The notes under the pieces: model-generated | Seen by the model: only the letters and a program-made list of their open reading frames with translations | Databases searched by the model: none | What the model was told of the DNA's origin: nothing | Position numbers and translations under genes: made by a program | Assembly: GCA_040285745.1 (NCBI GenBank) | Contig: JAUFOR010000003.1 | Span: 248,001-312,000 of the forward strand | From: Barthelona sp. PCE | Taxonomy: Eukaryota | DNA length: 64,000 nucleotides | Direction of reading: 5' to 3' | Part shown: positions 24,001 through 33,000 of the stretch, piece by piece | How the letters are laid out: every line of letters starts with the position of its first letter | Numbering within the stretch: position 1 is the first letter of the stretch

Positions 24001-25912
24001 AGGTAACTACTCCAACCTCACCGAATTCCAGCGCCTGCTCTTGATTAGGTGTATCCGTCCTGATCGTACAATGCTTGCTGCCCAACTTTTCATTAAGGAG
24101 AGTCTTGGTCCTAAGTTCATTGAATCTTCATCGGTACCCATTACTTCCACCTTCAAGGAGACGTCCCACAACGTCCCAGCTATCTTCTTACTGTCTCTCG
24201 GTGCCGATCCTTCAAACGATATCACCGATTTGGCCAAGAAGTGTAAGATGACCGTGTCTACCATTGCTATGGGACAAGGTCAAGAAGTACCTGCTACAAA
24301 GGCAATTCAGGAGAAGCGTCAACTTGGTGGATGGGTGTTGCTGCAGAACTGTCATCTTTCACTTGAAATGATGCGTGAAGTCGAGCAGCAGATCCCAACA
24401 TGGGACTCATCAAACACTCATGAGGACTTTAGGTTGTGGTTGACTTGTGAGCCCCACCCTGAATTCCCCATTGGTTTACTCCAACTCAGTATTAAGGTTG
24501 CTTGTGAACCTCCTCAAGGTTTGAAGGCCGGTCTTAAGCGTACTTTTGATGCATTCAATTCTGATATTCTTGATCAAATTGATAAACCGCAATGGAAGCC
24601 TCTCTTGTACACGTTGTGTTTCGTGCACTCTATTGTTCAAGAGCGTCGTAAGTTCGGTCCGCTTGGATGGAACATCCCCTACGAGTTCAACACTTCTGAT
24701 CTGTCTGCCTCTGTTCAGTTCCTCCAGAACATGCTTTACAACGTTGATTCGACGAAGTCAATTTCATGGAGCACCATGCGCTACATGATCTGTGAAGTGC
24801 ACTACGGTGGACGTATCACAGACGACTATGATCGTCGTCTCATGAATTACTTTGGTATTAAATATCTAAACGATAACGTATTGCAAGGGGGTTACACCTA
24901 CAGTGAGGGATACACCATTCCTCGCATGAAGAAGATGACGGAGCTAAAGGAGTTCATCGATCACCTGCCCACCAACGATTTACCAGAGGTGTTTGGTCTG
25001 CACAGCAACGCTGATATCACTTATCGTACTAAGCAGTCCGACTCTATCTTGGCAACCATCTTGGATGTTCAACCAAAGGATGTCGCCTCAGGCGGTGCCA
25101 CTCGTGAGGATATTGTTGATGCGAAATGCGGTGATATGCTGCAGACTGTACCCAAGGCATTCAACAACCATGAGTTCGTTGAGGCCATCAACAAACAGTC
25201 ACGTAACAAGCCTCTTACTGTCTTCCTTCGTCAGGAGGTTGAGCGTTACCAAGTGCTTCTCTCTCGAATCCATCAGGATCTAAGCGATATGCGCCTCGCT
25301 ATCGCAGGTACCATTGTTATGAGTGAGTACCTCCAGGCACTACTCAACTCCTTGTTCGATGCACGTGTTCCCGATTTGTGGCAGAAGCTCAGTTGGTCCG
25401 CCGCTAATTTGGGTGAATGGCTCACAGACGTTGACAAACGTTTCGAACAGTACAACATATGGCTGTTCCAAGGAAGACCTAAGATGTACTGGCTTGGTGG
25501 TTTCTACAACCCCACTGGTTTCCTTACCTCTGTTAAGCAAGAAATCTCTCGTATGCATCAGGGTTGGGCCCTTGATACACTCAATATCACAACAACCCTC
25601 CTTGATAACTTCTCCGTTCGTCACGCTCCTGAACAGGGTGTTTATATTTATGGATTGCAACTTGAGGGTGCTCACTGGGATATTGCCGACCGTAAGGTTA
25701 ACGAATCTTTGGCCAGAGAGATCCTGTGTCCTCTTCCTGTTTTGCACGTTGATGCCACAGACAAGCCTACTTCAATGCAGAATCAGTATTGTTGCCCGGT
25801 CTACTTTACTAGAACTCGTCGTAACTATATCTTTGATATCTATCTACCTAGCAACAAGCCTCAGATCCATTGGGTTATTCGTGGTGTTGCTGCTACACTT
25901 ACTGAACGTTAA
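12047..25912 (+). CDS. DNAH5: Axonemal outer-arm dynein heavy chain (gamma / DNAH5-DNAH8 type), intronless
   Basis: P-loops GPAGTGKT, GKAGTGKT, GEPGTAKT (TAKT is typical of the gamma class) and GVGGSGKQS. DHC_N1 (GPQVELEFWKKRMATFN), FPRFYFISD, stalk, C-terminal HWVIRGVA. Likely start MADPRVKW. Confidence 0.95.
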   Translation: MADPRVKWLLETVAARLDCGSSDILLEFASSNNIIPTLLSFFTTSGPIRIIFHFLDQNEEERLSFSKRFSMHLDDIPALPGRSCYVLRITDKDVPLNNVTRDILVGSLTTDSLSDMISLLQNVYIPALSNNENWGAIRDEQKKTFLSSFDRFALALTENFNCVSEGVDLPLPQMYDLHTTSNFNEAAANPEIVRVFEQSVEEWTRIVQRILAESNQVRSESSDTGPQVELEFWKKRMATFNSITEQLKRDTFKTILNVLHVARSHILIEWRKYEVLVTDAANESKDNVRFLYTIDKLSACLFATSPVEIGSQIEGLINAIGMMHSVARFYNTSERLTSLFFKITNQMISSCRKYLETIGSVWSNERNEFIERCKQCIALNLKYQNSYHKVKLELASKPRGRHFDLSEAYIFGSFDMFSHRLNKIIDLLTTMNDFAFLKEMPLPDMPIGKFERICLDLRTKSYDFLDYRNKTFDTDYKTFNQNIYSLELLIQNKLSNFFNEERVSNRTFVVFLDLLIKVKNLVTRKNLQTFIQSKFQLFMEKFNAYIDFLRKYYNGNFNSPPVARNLPRISGSIIWVRNLLLKLEMCIELFQKEAPKCLNARENRHIIRNYNRLLQTFIEFETIYYDNWLNSISEERKFLFNTILQQRNNVVVINFDPTVFKLLKEIRWLKKLGFDISEDLLNLSVLEDELLEHHSLLKYLVTYYNNITEKIVDQELSDLFSAVLIEINRFLIPSLTTITWNSIGLKEYLEQLHDRLCQLDHLVDEVVGFLSFRINSSLSEIKKSILVELVSDVVYSKATLNTFIVEVKDQLDESVNFLSDHIQSIENAVLDLINMLIPTAENVPEVETDDVAEESKKEKPKNRLTVSDLNEENPSHSVFIAFYNDFREKCYKQVLDSYTASLQNLHSALTGDKTIFSLELSLSEENLDLAPTVSEITTLLHTLVKLVIESTKTLRKWDVEYTEYDELKEQISSTHERIISLRKSNNILYRKELTRLENVHEELLDELYSYSLFGYVTSNINFLKHVLSVHSSIVSIDDEIDGYYRNLDKYAHFYEKELLCDVKEISLIQSEEPEGETTVEVFETLYSFKNEKELIRITDVLESYFELDRDITDMKIDTSVRFMSIALGTYQAQLKNLLLCRRVALLNKLYEFAIHESTFVKNQLQSYCSGMNEFLKGYEGKEINEETINLEALKDIIILQSTLNLFNANYEYISIPLEAQFELLVNYCNNVESPEVLYLSEVSVFSAVKNDQSVISPVEFTSGDMMEELTNVSTLYSTQKSLLTNINHFLFENQKTMKRTLVKNVGVLQKDVRDYYKSYDETGPMRSDLTPEEAIERLALFKTLYKDKERRWKVFNIGEEIFNLDKSDFPRLNDIKRQLNLLDSLYGLYTQVNHGVMEYYEVLWVDKDLEQMMNEVSDYQGKLRKLPSTMRTWDAYISLKERLDALFDEIPLLQMIGNPSMRARHWEAINNLFSLVDSDVIDPESNDFKLRDLLSHGLITKAEEIEEICNGSVKEADIETKLAALDSQWRNQMFVFQDYKSRGPLMLKPSETSELVALLEDSQLILSGLISSRYNAPFKEDIVSWIQKLSICSERIDAWLSVQFLWAYLEAVFSSGDISAQLPQEAKRFANIDRSWVKIMNIATQEPNVISLLTSNDTLANLLPHLTEQLELCQKSLNYYLEKKRTLFPRFYFISDAQLLEILGQASDPNNVQAHLLSIFDNVNEVKFSRKRKNEIIGMISKGGEKVPLVKKVVCSGPIEGWLNQLVNAMQLTVKAIARMCSYELQDVLKGEAQFNLREFVARYPGQIGLVGVQMLWTATVEESLRNSRVDKNAVQAAVKHSNTILREMIEMTTEEYEFKRDRRKIETLVTIQVHQRDIVDHLYKTRIRSPFDFEWLKQTRFYWRYDKDCALVSITDVDFTYNNEYLGCADRLVITPLTDRCYITLAQALALRYGGAPAGPAGTGKTETVKDMAKGCLGNFCLVVNASDQMSVAGLGKIFKGISQSGVWGDFDEFNRILLPVLSVVAQQISCILNALKTMQDKYIFTDGTEVGLVPTCGIFITMNPGYAGRQELPENLKVLFRSVAMMVPDAGIIMRVKFAASGFQENVILSQKFDLLYSLCKQQLSAQRHYDFGLRNILSVLRTCGVFRRRDKDASETDIFLRVVRDMNLSKLVGEDVQLFLALLDDLFPGCEIKTQHYTELEAAIAKHISEAGLTQHAQWISKIVQLYESQNVRHGNFILGKAGTGKTRLLEILEKSLTTCGTPTKEIRLNPKAFTDSQMFGIMNAKTGDWKDGVFSVIWKKTAKRAAGEDTWLVLDGPVDTIWIESLNTVLDDNRTLTLANGDRIPMSGSMRIMFEVHSLANASPATVSRCGMVYVAHTDLGWLPVHEAWVEKCHNNPAFTGEIISEISRLVDQTVQPALDYIFKELDPVMDMFDVSLLQQCHNLLDAMIPQFKKSIKRGLDHVIIQRIFSLALIWSLGCALESEDRRKLHAFLKSMSVELPVLKKPGEESVYDYWLNSTSGEWVHWSGKVPEYRFPTDHTPGFESILVPTVDNIRTETLISLMHSLGKYSLLLGEPGTAKTVTIQNYVRNLMNEKENLDFKSIGLSFFTTPELMQRTIESLVEKRLGTTYGPKANKKMCLFLDDINLPEINSWGDTPTNELVRQLLEYDGFYCLDRPGDWKSFVDLHFFAAMQTPGGGRNDIPERLKRHFSMFNCTLPTRSSVIHVFSSILCGYFTSEGIRAFSNEVQQAATKVITLTYELWSAVKGKMLPTPDKFHYMFNLRDLSRIVQGMLRGTNESVKNPTDLFLIWKHEAERVLPDRFTNYSDIEWYNERLNGLVENELSDQYPETVEPLCKPVFFGDFLEDAPEPTGDEEKDKELENWKPKYLHTDEDQFVRKRLEGILHSHNELNRRRKLDLVLFYDAVCHLIRIIRIIRTPGGHALLVGVGGSGKQSLTRLASFACGYQYRQIAVTKTYTISNLLEDMQINFKIAGVENKGVTLVFTDKEIKEEFFLEYINNILTSGEIPGLFPKDEVDVIIGDITNDYKRENPRAPLGNDDIWKFFLQRVRKNFHIVLCFSPVGDKFRNRARKFPGLISGCTIDWFHAWPKEALIEVASRFISDFEIVVDDEDVRGRLVEHIAWVHDDMIKVCDDYFQRFRKPTYVTPKSYLSFIKSFMGVYSEKHEEIRTLADRLNSGLKKLKDASAQIAVMKDELDVKKEKLKEAQKESEKILVTVTAQQQAAQSVTEEVQQYRNTVAAEAAVVNDQKESAERDLLAAKPALDAAEAALDSITSGDISTLRRLLSPPNLIKRLMDGVLILCSKPLVKWSIDKTMLEKGQTLPNASWEASLSMMAQGSFLNTLKTYSKESITDEMCELLEPYLAMPDFTVEAARSSSGNVAGLCEWIRSMTIYHQIAKEVAPKIKTLRIAEIKMKEANAKLQEAENQLETQRVELAKVQAVYDNAVSHKKALEEDAMITERRMNAANQLISGLSGERKRWSRESAEFEETIRRLIGDVSLATAFLSYSGPFNAHYRQLLMNDHWKTSLIEREVPFSKDFNLINFLTSDAQVGEWNLQGLPTDDLSTQNGIISTTADRYPLLIDPQSQAVTWIKNKERENNLVVTKFTDKLFKRRVEEALEYGYPCLVEDVREYIDPMIDPVLDKQFVKLGANLKVRFGDKECDVLKGFTLYLTTNLANPHYSPEVFAKACIINFTVTLKGLEDQLLGNVILHEKKELEESRQKLLEEVNHNKKTIMDLENNLIERLANASDNLLDDISLIDVLNKTKSTSKAVLQQLETAKVTEEKINQAREEFRVIATRGSILYFLIVEMAEVSNMYQTSLKQFLERFFISLRDSPQSKTQSNRIQNIVDYLTDHVHEFISQGLFGDHKQLFVMQLVLKIQLNSGKISFNDFQTFLKAGATVDRKSAIKKTIEWIPDSIWLNILALRNISLFSNLHEQISTSPQLWRQWYNVEDPEVQPIPGNYSNLTEFQRLLLIRCIRPDRTMLAAQLFIKESLGPKFIESSSVPITSTFKETSHNVPAIFLLSLGADPSNDITDLAKKCKMTVSTIAMGQGQEVPATKAIQEKRQLGGWVLLQNCHLSLEMMREVEQQIPTWDSSNTHEDFRLWLTCEPHPEFPIGLLQLSIKVACEPPQGLKAGLKRTFDAFNSDILDQIDKPQWKPLLYTLCFVHSIVQERRKFGPLGWNIPYEFNTSDLSASVQFLQNMLYNVDSTKSISWSTMRYMICEVHYGGRITDDYDRRLMNYFGIKYLNDNVLQGGYTYSEGYTIPRMKKMTELKEFIDHLPTNDLPEVFGLHSNADITYRTKQSDSILATILDVQPKDVASGGATREDIVDAKCGDMLQTVPKAFNNHEFVEAINKQSRNKPLTVFLRQEVERYQVLLSRIHQDLSDMRLAIAGTIVMSEYLQALLNSLFDARVPDLWQKLSWSAANLGEWLTDVDKRFEQYNIWLFQGRPKMYWLGGFYNPTGFLTSVKQEISRMHQGWALDTLNITTTLLDNFSVRHAPEQGVYIYGLQLEGAHWDIADRKVNESLAREILCPLPVLHVDATDKPTSMQNQYCCPVYFTRTRRNYIFDIYLPSNKPQIHWVIRGVAATLTER

Positions 25913-25957
25913 TTCTAACGTTTAAAACAATTGTAAAGTTTACTATTTTTTTGTTGT

Positions 25958-26566
25958 TTATTCTGCTCCATTTAGATTCATTTTAAGATCAAATAAGAAT
26001 GAATCACAGTCTTCATTCAGCTTAGTCTCTGTTTCATCGATCATTTCTGTCATCATCCGCACTTTAAGGATACTCACTTTGGCAATTGCTTCTGAAGCTT
26101 TTTGACAAAATCCAATCTCTTTCATGGAGTCTACAAGGCGACTCCTGACGATATCTTCGGGATTAACAACAGACTCCTTCTTATGGGGCGACCGTTTAGA
26201 AGTATTATCATTGGGTGGATATTTCACTCCTTGCACTGGGTGGGGGTCGTGTCTATACATGGGTGGACGCAGGTGTGGATTATTATTGTAATAATTCGGA
26301 TTAGGACCGTGTTGAAATGTAGGGACAGGACTAGGTGCTTGATAGTATGGCATTTGCAATGGGTGGTGCTGCATTCCACCATGGTGATGTGTGTTATGTG
26401 GTCTAATATTGTGTGGTGTGTAAGCAGGATATGTGTTGTTGTAAACATGATGTTGATTAACTCTCTGTGCTTTGTAGGGTGGGGGAACGTTTGCTCCGGG
26501 GGGAATTGGGTGACCAGGCACCGGAGGATAATCCTTCCTCAATACAGGTGACGGAAGAGGAGGCAT
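25958..26566 (-). CDS. Pro/His/Asn-rich low-complexity protein with a short helical C-terminus
   Basis: ORF from first ATG (MPPLPSP) to TAA. Confidence 0.7.
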   Translation of the reverse strand: MPPLPSPVLRKDYPPVPGHPIPPGANVPPPYKAQRVNQHHVYNNTYPAYTPHNIRPHNTHHHGGMQHHPLQMPYYQAPSPVPTFQHGPNPNYYNNNPHLRPPMYRHDPHPVQGVKYPPNDNTSKRSPHKKESVVNPEDIVRSRLVDSMKEIGFCQKASEAIAKVSILKVRMMTEMIDETETKLNEDCDSFLFDLKMNLNGAE

Positions 26567-26590
26567 TTGTGTAAACAAGTATTTGTCATT

Positions 26591-27919
26591 TTATTTTCCA
26601 ATAATTGAGGTGTGTATGTCAGGCAGACGGAGAGGAACCTTTGAAAAAAGGTATGCAAAGAATGTATTGAGTGATATCTCTAATGACAGGGTATCTAACA
26701 CAAATTGAATGATCTGTCTAACTTGCTTGATTTGTTTAGCCGCAGGTGTAAGTGAAGAAAAGCACTTCAACAAGCTTACAAGATTTAAATGACACCTGGT
26801 ACTAATAAGATGTGTGATGGAGTTGAGTGCAGCTTTTAAATGGTACAAATGTGGGGTCTCAACGCTATCTATCAGCGCTTCGAGCCGTGAAAGCCATTTG
26901 TGTTCGTCTAGGAGTTTCAATTTGTCCTCTAGAAGATCACGCTGAATATTGAAGCGAATATATCGTCTACGGTCAGACTCACTGTATTGATGGCTGTTGA
27001 CAGGGAATATGCGCTCCACAGAGTATATGGCCTTCGATGCACTGTCGAAGAAGCAAGGTCTCTCACTAATTTTCTGCAAGATATCGAGTCTCAGTTTGCG
27101 ATCTAAACTGTCAATATCATCTTCAAAAGCACGCCTCCTGTACTTCAGCCTATGTGTCTGGAGGTCAGCAATGCTTGGAATCAATGGTGCTTCTTCTCTT
27201 GCCATTGTGAAACCAAAAGCGCTATCTGCTCGAGCTGTCATTGGTCGTAAAAACACCATCTTTTCTACCTCTGACTCTACCTCGGTTTTTTGTCGTCGTT
27301 CACGTGCAGTTTGTGATCCGCTCTTTAAATTTAGAGGTGGTAATTTAGCATTAATATGTACCAAATTATCGTTCTGCAGTGAAGAATTTATCTCAAAAGT
27401 TGCAGCCTTTGTGTCGGCGTTATAGCCTAAACGATGTTGCTGAACGAATACTTCTGACTGGATTTGTCCGGCTTTTGCTTTCTTTTTTCTAACTTCACTC
27501 TTTCTTAGCTCTTTCTTGAGGAGTGAGAATGATTTGAGATCCATAAACATATAGTTTGATGAACTATTTATATCATGGGGTTGGGGTAACTCAATTTCAG
27601 ATAAAATTCTATTTTTTTCTGCAGCAACCGCTTTTTTCTTTGCATCAAGTTCACCTTCGTGGGTCCCATCAACGCTATCGTTTTCATCACGACGTGCGAC
27701 GTCAGATAAGCGATGTTTAATGTTGTGATTTGCATTTTCAAAAAATATATCTCTTTGCCTGAGTGAAGTTTCAAGAAACTCGTTTTTGTTTGACTTCCTC
27801 CTGTATTTTGAGCTCCTTCTTGTTTCTATTTCTGGTATTTGCTGTAAATCCCCACCTAAAGGCTTAAAAGGTTTGTATTGGTTTGAAAACCACCCTGCTG
27901 ATTCAATTTTTCGCTTCAT
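26591..27919 (-). CDS. Uncharacterised basic coiled-coil protein, 442 aa
   Basis: Long ORF from ATG to TAA; no recognised motif. Confidence 0.75.
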   Translation of the reverse strand: MKRKIESAGWFSNQYKPFKPLGGDLQQIPEIETRRSSKYRRKSNKNEFLETSLRQRDIFFENANHNIKHRLSDVARRDENDSVDGTHEGELDAKKKAVAAEKNRILSEIELPQPHDINSSSNYMFMDLKSFSLLKKELRKSEVRKKKAKAGQIQSEVFVQQHRLGYNADTKAATFEINSSLQNDNLVHINAKLPPLNLKSGSQTARERRQKTEVESEVEKMVFLRPMTARADSAFGFTMAREEAPLIPSIADLQTHRLKYRRRAFEDDIDSLDRKLRLDILQKISERPCFFDSASKAIYSVERIFPVNSHQYSESDRRRYIRFNIQRDLLEDKLKLLDEHKWLSRLEALIDSVETPHLYHLKAALNSITHLISTRCHLNLVSLLKCFSSLTPAAKQIKQVRQIIQFVLDTLSLEISLNTFFAYLFSKVPLRLPDIHTSIIGK

Positions 27920-28002
27920 ATACCCATTATCTCATCAAAAGTAGGTTGCAAAGAAGTGTTAAAAGCTTTTTCATCCATCTTGCACTTTTATCGGAAACAC
28001 AT

Positions 28003-29451
28003 ATGGACCTGCAGTTTAGACCGCTCAGGACTAGGGCATTTATGTGCTTTAACATACTTTTCTTACTTATTGTTCCAATTATTTTGGGTATTACTTATTT
28101 ATTCGCACTTTTACCTCCTTTGACCGTCAGATGTGAGACAGGACAGTATATTTCGGAGGCTTACGATTGTATTGCTTGTCCATCACAAACTTGGACTCCA
28201 TGTTGTAATGCAAAGACGTGCCATCAGGCTACCTCGATCACTGCACTTAGTATTGACTCTGTTCCACTTTTTGTTTGCAACGATACCATACAGGCATGTT
28301 CAGTACATGACATGTATAACGCAACATTGGATTATTCAGCTGTTAAGCTTTGTCGAAAACATGGTTTTTCATACGGTCAACCTACTGAATTCTTTGCACC
28401 TTTTGTACCCAACCCTGCTAGAACCTATGATAAATTCATGCCAACAGGGGACTTTATCTTTAGTGGCGCAAGTAGAGACATTACAGGTGGACTTTATACG
28501 ACTCGTATAAATTGTTACGACTATTGTGAGGAATATTTCACTGAGTTTCCACACTGTGATGATGATCTTTTATATTGCGAACAAGAAGCAGGTAATTATT
28601 TGACCTTATCAACAAATACTTGTTTTGATGAGTTTAAAGTAACCGTATTGTATACGAATTACGAGACATACGTAAAGAGAATTGTTCCAGATGAAAAAAA
28701 CGAATTGGGTTTAGATGTGGTGATCATTGCACCAGCTATGTATATAGCAGATAACGAGTATATAACACAGGATGCTGCGCTTTCCACACTTATGAACGGT
28801 TCGACAGTGTATATTATTGAGTTCAACCGATTCCGTGCGTCTGACAACGCTACATTAACGCACGATGAAGCAAGAGCAATTGTCATGAATAGTCTGCGCA
28901 TTATAAGATCCGATTCAGAAAATAGAATTGTGTTTCTTGCAAGTGACGCTGGAAGCTATGAATTATTCCAATTCTTGCTAGACAAGGTTAATTTACAATA
29001 TGCAGGATTTTGTGAGGGAACCTGTGATCGTTTTGAAGTGAACAGGACGATAGCTGCGGTGTATAGCAACGAAGGGATGTTTTATCCAAGCAATCTACCA
29101 GATTTTAACACAGACATTATAGATTTACAAAAGGTATTTTTACAAAATTTCCCTGAACGTAAGTTGAATTTTTATGACGTTCGTTTAAGTGAAGAACACA
29201 TCGATCACTTACACCATGTTAAGTTTGTTTTCCAGAGTTGTAATCTTGCTGATATGTACAGCCTGAGTCAAATATCCATTGAATTTGTTGCTTCCCTGAC
29301 AAAATATCCAAACTCTCCATACGTACAAACAGAAGTGAATGTGTGTTCAAACATGTATTCTCGTACTCTATGGGATTGTCTCATTGGCGCATTGACACAT
29401 AGCATTTTCCAGATGAAGTTTGTCTCTTGGCTTCAAACAATTAATGAATAA
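28003..29451 (+). CDS. Membrane-anchored Cys-rich protein with an alpha/beta-hydrolase-like C-terminal domain
   Basis: N-terminal TM segment, then CETGQY..CIACP..CC..C. Later VVIIAPA, VYIIEF, RIVFLASDAGSY, AAVYSNEG in hydrolase strand order. Confidence 0.7.
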   Translation: MDLQFRPLRTRAFMCFNILFLLIVPIILGITYLFALLPPLTVRCETGQYISEAYDCIACPSQTWTPCCNAKTCHQATSITALSIDSVPLFVCNDTIQACSVHDMYNATLDYSAVKLCRKHGFSYGQPTEFFAPFVPNPARTYDKFMPTGDFIFSGASRDITGGLYTTRINCYDYCEEYFTEFPHCDDDLLYCEQEAGNYLTLSTNTCFDEFKVTVLYTNYETYVKRIVPDEKNELGLDVVIIAPAMYIADNEYITQDAALSTLMNGSTVYIIEFNRFRASDNATLTHDEARAIVMNSLRIIRSDSENRIVFLASDAGSYELFQFLLDKVNLQYAGFCEGTCDRFEVNRTIAAVYSNEGMFYPSNLPDFNTDIIDLQKVFLQNFPERKLNFYDVRLSEEHIDHLHHVKFVFQSCNLADMYSLSQISIEFVASLTKYPNSPYVQTEVNVCSNMYSRTLWDCLIGALTHSIFQMKFVSWLQTINE

Positions 29452-29457
29452 AGATGT

Positions 29458-30039
29458 CTAGTTTATCAGATCGTACATTGGCTTTGTGAGGAAACCACAT
29501 AATGCTGAAGGTAGAGTTTTGGAAAGTACCTGCGAAAATTCCTGAGCATTAAGCACCATAACCTTTAAATAATCCACACAGTCCTCGTTGAGTGCAACAG
29601 CAACCCTGCTTCCGTCCATTTCTGTAAATTTTTTGGGTAAAACACGATACTGACACAGCTCATTAAAAAAATCTGAGAGAATGTTCTCTTTTTGTTTTTC
29701 AAAAGGCAATTTTTGAATGTCATCTACAAATTCACTTGCTAAAAATGCCTTTTTATGTATGACACATAGCCTAAAACCATCATAACACGCTTTTAAAGCT
29801 TCATTGTGGTTTATGAATGTTGTTTGCTTCAAACAACGAACAAACTTGGAATCCTGCACAACTGTTGACGCTATACGATAGTCGTTGTTGAAGAAATCGC
29901 AAAGGAAGCAAGAGTAATCAGAATTATACCCCAGTGTACCAAATTGACCCACGCAACTGTCGGAACAATCGAAGTTGTTGTGACCCACCACAAAAACCCA
30001 CGTAAAAGTGAGGAGTGAAAGAGGTAAAAAAAGATTCAT
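29458..30039 (-). CDS. Secreted Cys-containing hypothetical protein
   Basis: Signal-peptide-like MNLFLPLSLLTFTWVFVVG; multiple Cys. Confidence 0.7.
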   Translation of the reverse strand: MNLFLPLSLLTFTWVFVVGHNNFDCSDSCVGQFGTLGYNSDYSCFLCDFFNNDYRIASTVVQDSKFVRCLKQTTFINHNEALKACYDGFRLCVIHKKAFLASEFVDDIQKLPFEKQKENILSDFFNELCQYRVLPKKFTEMDGSRVAVALNEDCVDYLKVMVLNAQEFSQVLSKTLPSALCGFLTKPMYDLIN

Positions 30040-30058
30040 TAAGTTGATTTACAACGCT

Positions 30059-33000
30059 TTAGTTAAATACATCATCGAGAACATCATCTACAGCCATAGC
30101 AGCTGATGCACGTACAGCAGAAGGGGGAACCTCAGGAAAGTCTTCTTCAAGTTTTGATTTTGGTCGTGATGGTCTGCTTTCAGTTTCATCGATAATATCC
30201 TCAGTTTCATCAACCATATCCTCTATTTCATCCTCTATATCATCACTCTTGTTCAAATCTTCCTTACTATTCAGTGTTGTCAGTTCTTCAAGTCTCTCAC
30301 GAAGCGCATCCTTAATTTCAACATCATCTTCGTTTTCAATAATTTCATCTTCAAAAGTAACACGACTACCTGTATTTCCTTTTAATGGTGAACTGTTATT
30401 GTTCAAGATAGAGGGAGATGGTGGTGGTATACCATCGAAACGACTAACAATATCTTTAGGTATGATTGGAGGTACCAAATCATTTGAATTAACAATATGG
30501 AACTGTTTTAGCAGACGATTTGCTTTCTTTGCGTCTGCCCATGATATACCTTTACGCTCAAGCTGATCAAAGTCTTCTCTAGCTTCAGAGTATTTCTCAG
30601 CATGCTGCATTAGCTTACGCTCCATCTGTCTGGCACTTCTTTCTTCAATTTTATGCTTTTGTTTTTCACGCAGCTTCTTTGCTTTTCTGATAACTGCTTC
30701 ATTCTGACTTTCAACAACAAGTTTTGCTTCACGCTCCTTGATACGCTTATCGAGTTGGGCTTGTTCGTATTCCTGACGACGCTGCTCATTACGTGCTTTG
30801 ATCTCCATCATCCTTGCTCTGCGCAACTTTCTCTCAACCTTTCTAGTTTCTCGTTCACGCTCCCAACTTAAATCTTCTGCCAGTTGCATCAACTTCATCT
30901 CATCAAGTTGTGATTTTCTCATTTTTTTCTGACGATTACGGTGCTTTTTCATGCGTTCTTGACGTCCCATCATCTCTTCCTTCTTTCTACGATGATTAAT
31001 AGCCTTCTTAAGCTCATCACGCGCCTCTTCTTCTTCAAGCGATTCTTTATACTCCTTCAGTTTCTGACGTTGTTTTTCATAGTACTTGCGCTTCTTTTCT
31101 TTCCTTAGTTTCTCCTTTCTTTCTTTTTCAAGGCGTTCTTCTTCCTTTCGACGTTCTTCTTCTTCTTCTTCCTTTCGCTTTTCGGCCATAACCTTCTTCA
31201 TGCGATCCTGAATCTCCTTACGGTACTTTTTGAGTTGGCGTTGTCGCTGCTTTTCAGCCTTACGCTCTTTCTCTTCTTTTTCTTTCTTCTCCTTCTGTAA
31301 TCGTTCTTTGTGAGCTTTGTATGCAATACGATGGTATCTCTCTTCACTAAACTTCTGTAATCTAGATTTTGCACGTTTCGCCATTTTTTGTGCTTTTTCA
31401 GCACGCTTTAAAGCACGTTGTCCAGGAGATTCAACAGGTTTAGGTGTGCTTCTAGTCTTAACAGGTGTTAAAGGATCATCACTAAGTGCATCAACAGACG
31501 CTTCAGATTCAGATTTTTCACTTACACTGGGCCGCTTCTTTGCTCCACGTCTATGCTTTTCCAACCTTTCTAAACGCATCTTTTCAAGTCTTTTCTTCAG
31601 TTTCCTTTCCTTTGCTTCTTGTATTTCTCTCTCTTCCTCTTCGCGACGCTTTTCCTCTTCGCGACGCTTCTTAATAGCCTCGAGATCCTTGCTTACAGAA
31701 TGCTTCAAGCGTACTTTCTTTTTCAAACTCTTGGGAAGACGCTTTTGAGGAGAGATTTTTGGGCGCTTCAGTAGCTCTGAACGGAAAACGTTCAACTGAG
31801 CAATGGGGGCTTGTTTCACACCACGAAGATCAGCGGTATCAGCAACAGGGTGGACTTGATGATGTAACTTCCCAACATCTTCAGTATCATCCTCGCTTTG
31901 ATTGTCTAGCTCGACAATCTCAACAAGCAACTCCCAGGAAACACTTAATGGGAAGTCTGATGAAGAGAAACTAAGAACTGCACTAGATGGTTTGAGCTGT
32001 GGTTCATAGACGACAGCACCTTCCAAAAAAGTAGAAAGAAACTTGATCAGCGGCAACGTTTGATCTTCTATCTCTTGCAGTGAAGCTTCAACCACACTGT
32101 TATAAGCAGGCGAACCAAACATCAGAACACGACAGACGAAATCCATCAGTACCCAATGATCGTTCATGGACATCCTCCTGTCATGGGCGTTGGCAGCGTT
32201 TAATTGACCGTGTAACAATTTTTTGAAAATTGCAGGCCAAACAGCCATAAAAACATTAGCGCAATTATGGGCTTCGAATATCTCTACGAGAATAGGAACC
32301 AATACAACGCTTTCGCTGAACTCTGAGAAAACAACCTTAAGAACTATAGCAGAGAATAACTGTGCATGTTCTAAAGCGTGTACATTGCTGAAAATCTGTT
32401 TACCAATAATGGTGAGCAAGTTAAGTTCCATTTCTGTCAGATGTCGAACGCCCAATTCTTCTGTAGCATAGTTAAGGATGCGCAATAGTGCAGTTATAGG
32501 AAGAGAACGTGTGTCCTCAATAGCAGTGCTGAAATGGAAAAGAATGTGGTTTAATACAACAGGCTGAAAATCTGATTTTTCCAATTGATAGGCCTCCAAC
32601 AGACGCTCAAGGAGCAATAAATATATACGAGGGCCCAGTGCCATCTCAACTGAAGTTGCTGTGTGCAACAATCTAAACAGTTGACCAATGGCAACCAGTG
32701 TCACCAATTCTTGGCCACCTGGCCATACTTGACATACCTTTACGTTAGCCAACTCATTGAGGAAAGTAACACAACGTGATATACAATCGTCAAACTCTTC
32801 TGGTTCAACATAGTAATATCCAGCAGCAGAGATAGAAGCAAGTCCTTCAATGATTGTTACAATGAGTTGGATGGAAACAATCATCATAGCTGGACTCTCT
32901 GTTTTATCAAGTATGTCAAATGATGTTTCAGCAATATTAGGCCAAATTTTGAGTAAATGACCGACTGTTTCTGAGTTATGAAGTGAAGGAGGAATTAACT

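Noticed and set aside
12047-25912. Genome-wide stop-codon reassignment (TGA=Trp or TAR=Gln)
   Set aside because: The ~4600-codon dynein and all conserved genes are open in the standard code and end at expected positions with TAA or TAG.
12597-25925. Many short overlapping and antisense ORFs inside dynein, GlyRS and ABCE1
   Set aside because: Expected shadows of strong codon bias; no recognisable motifs.
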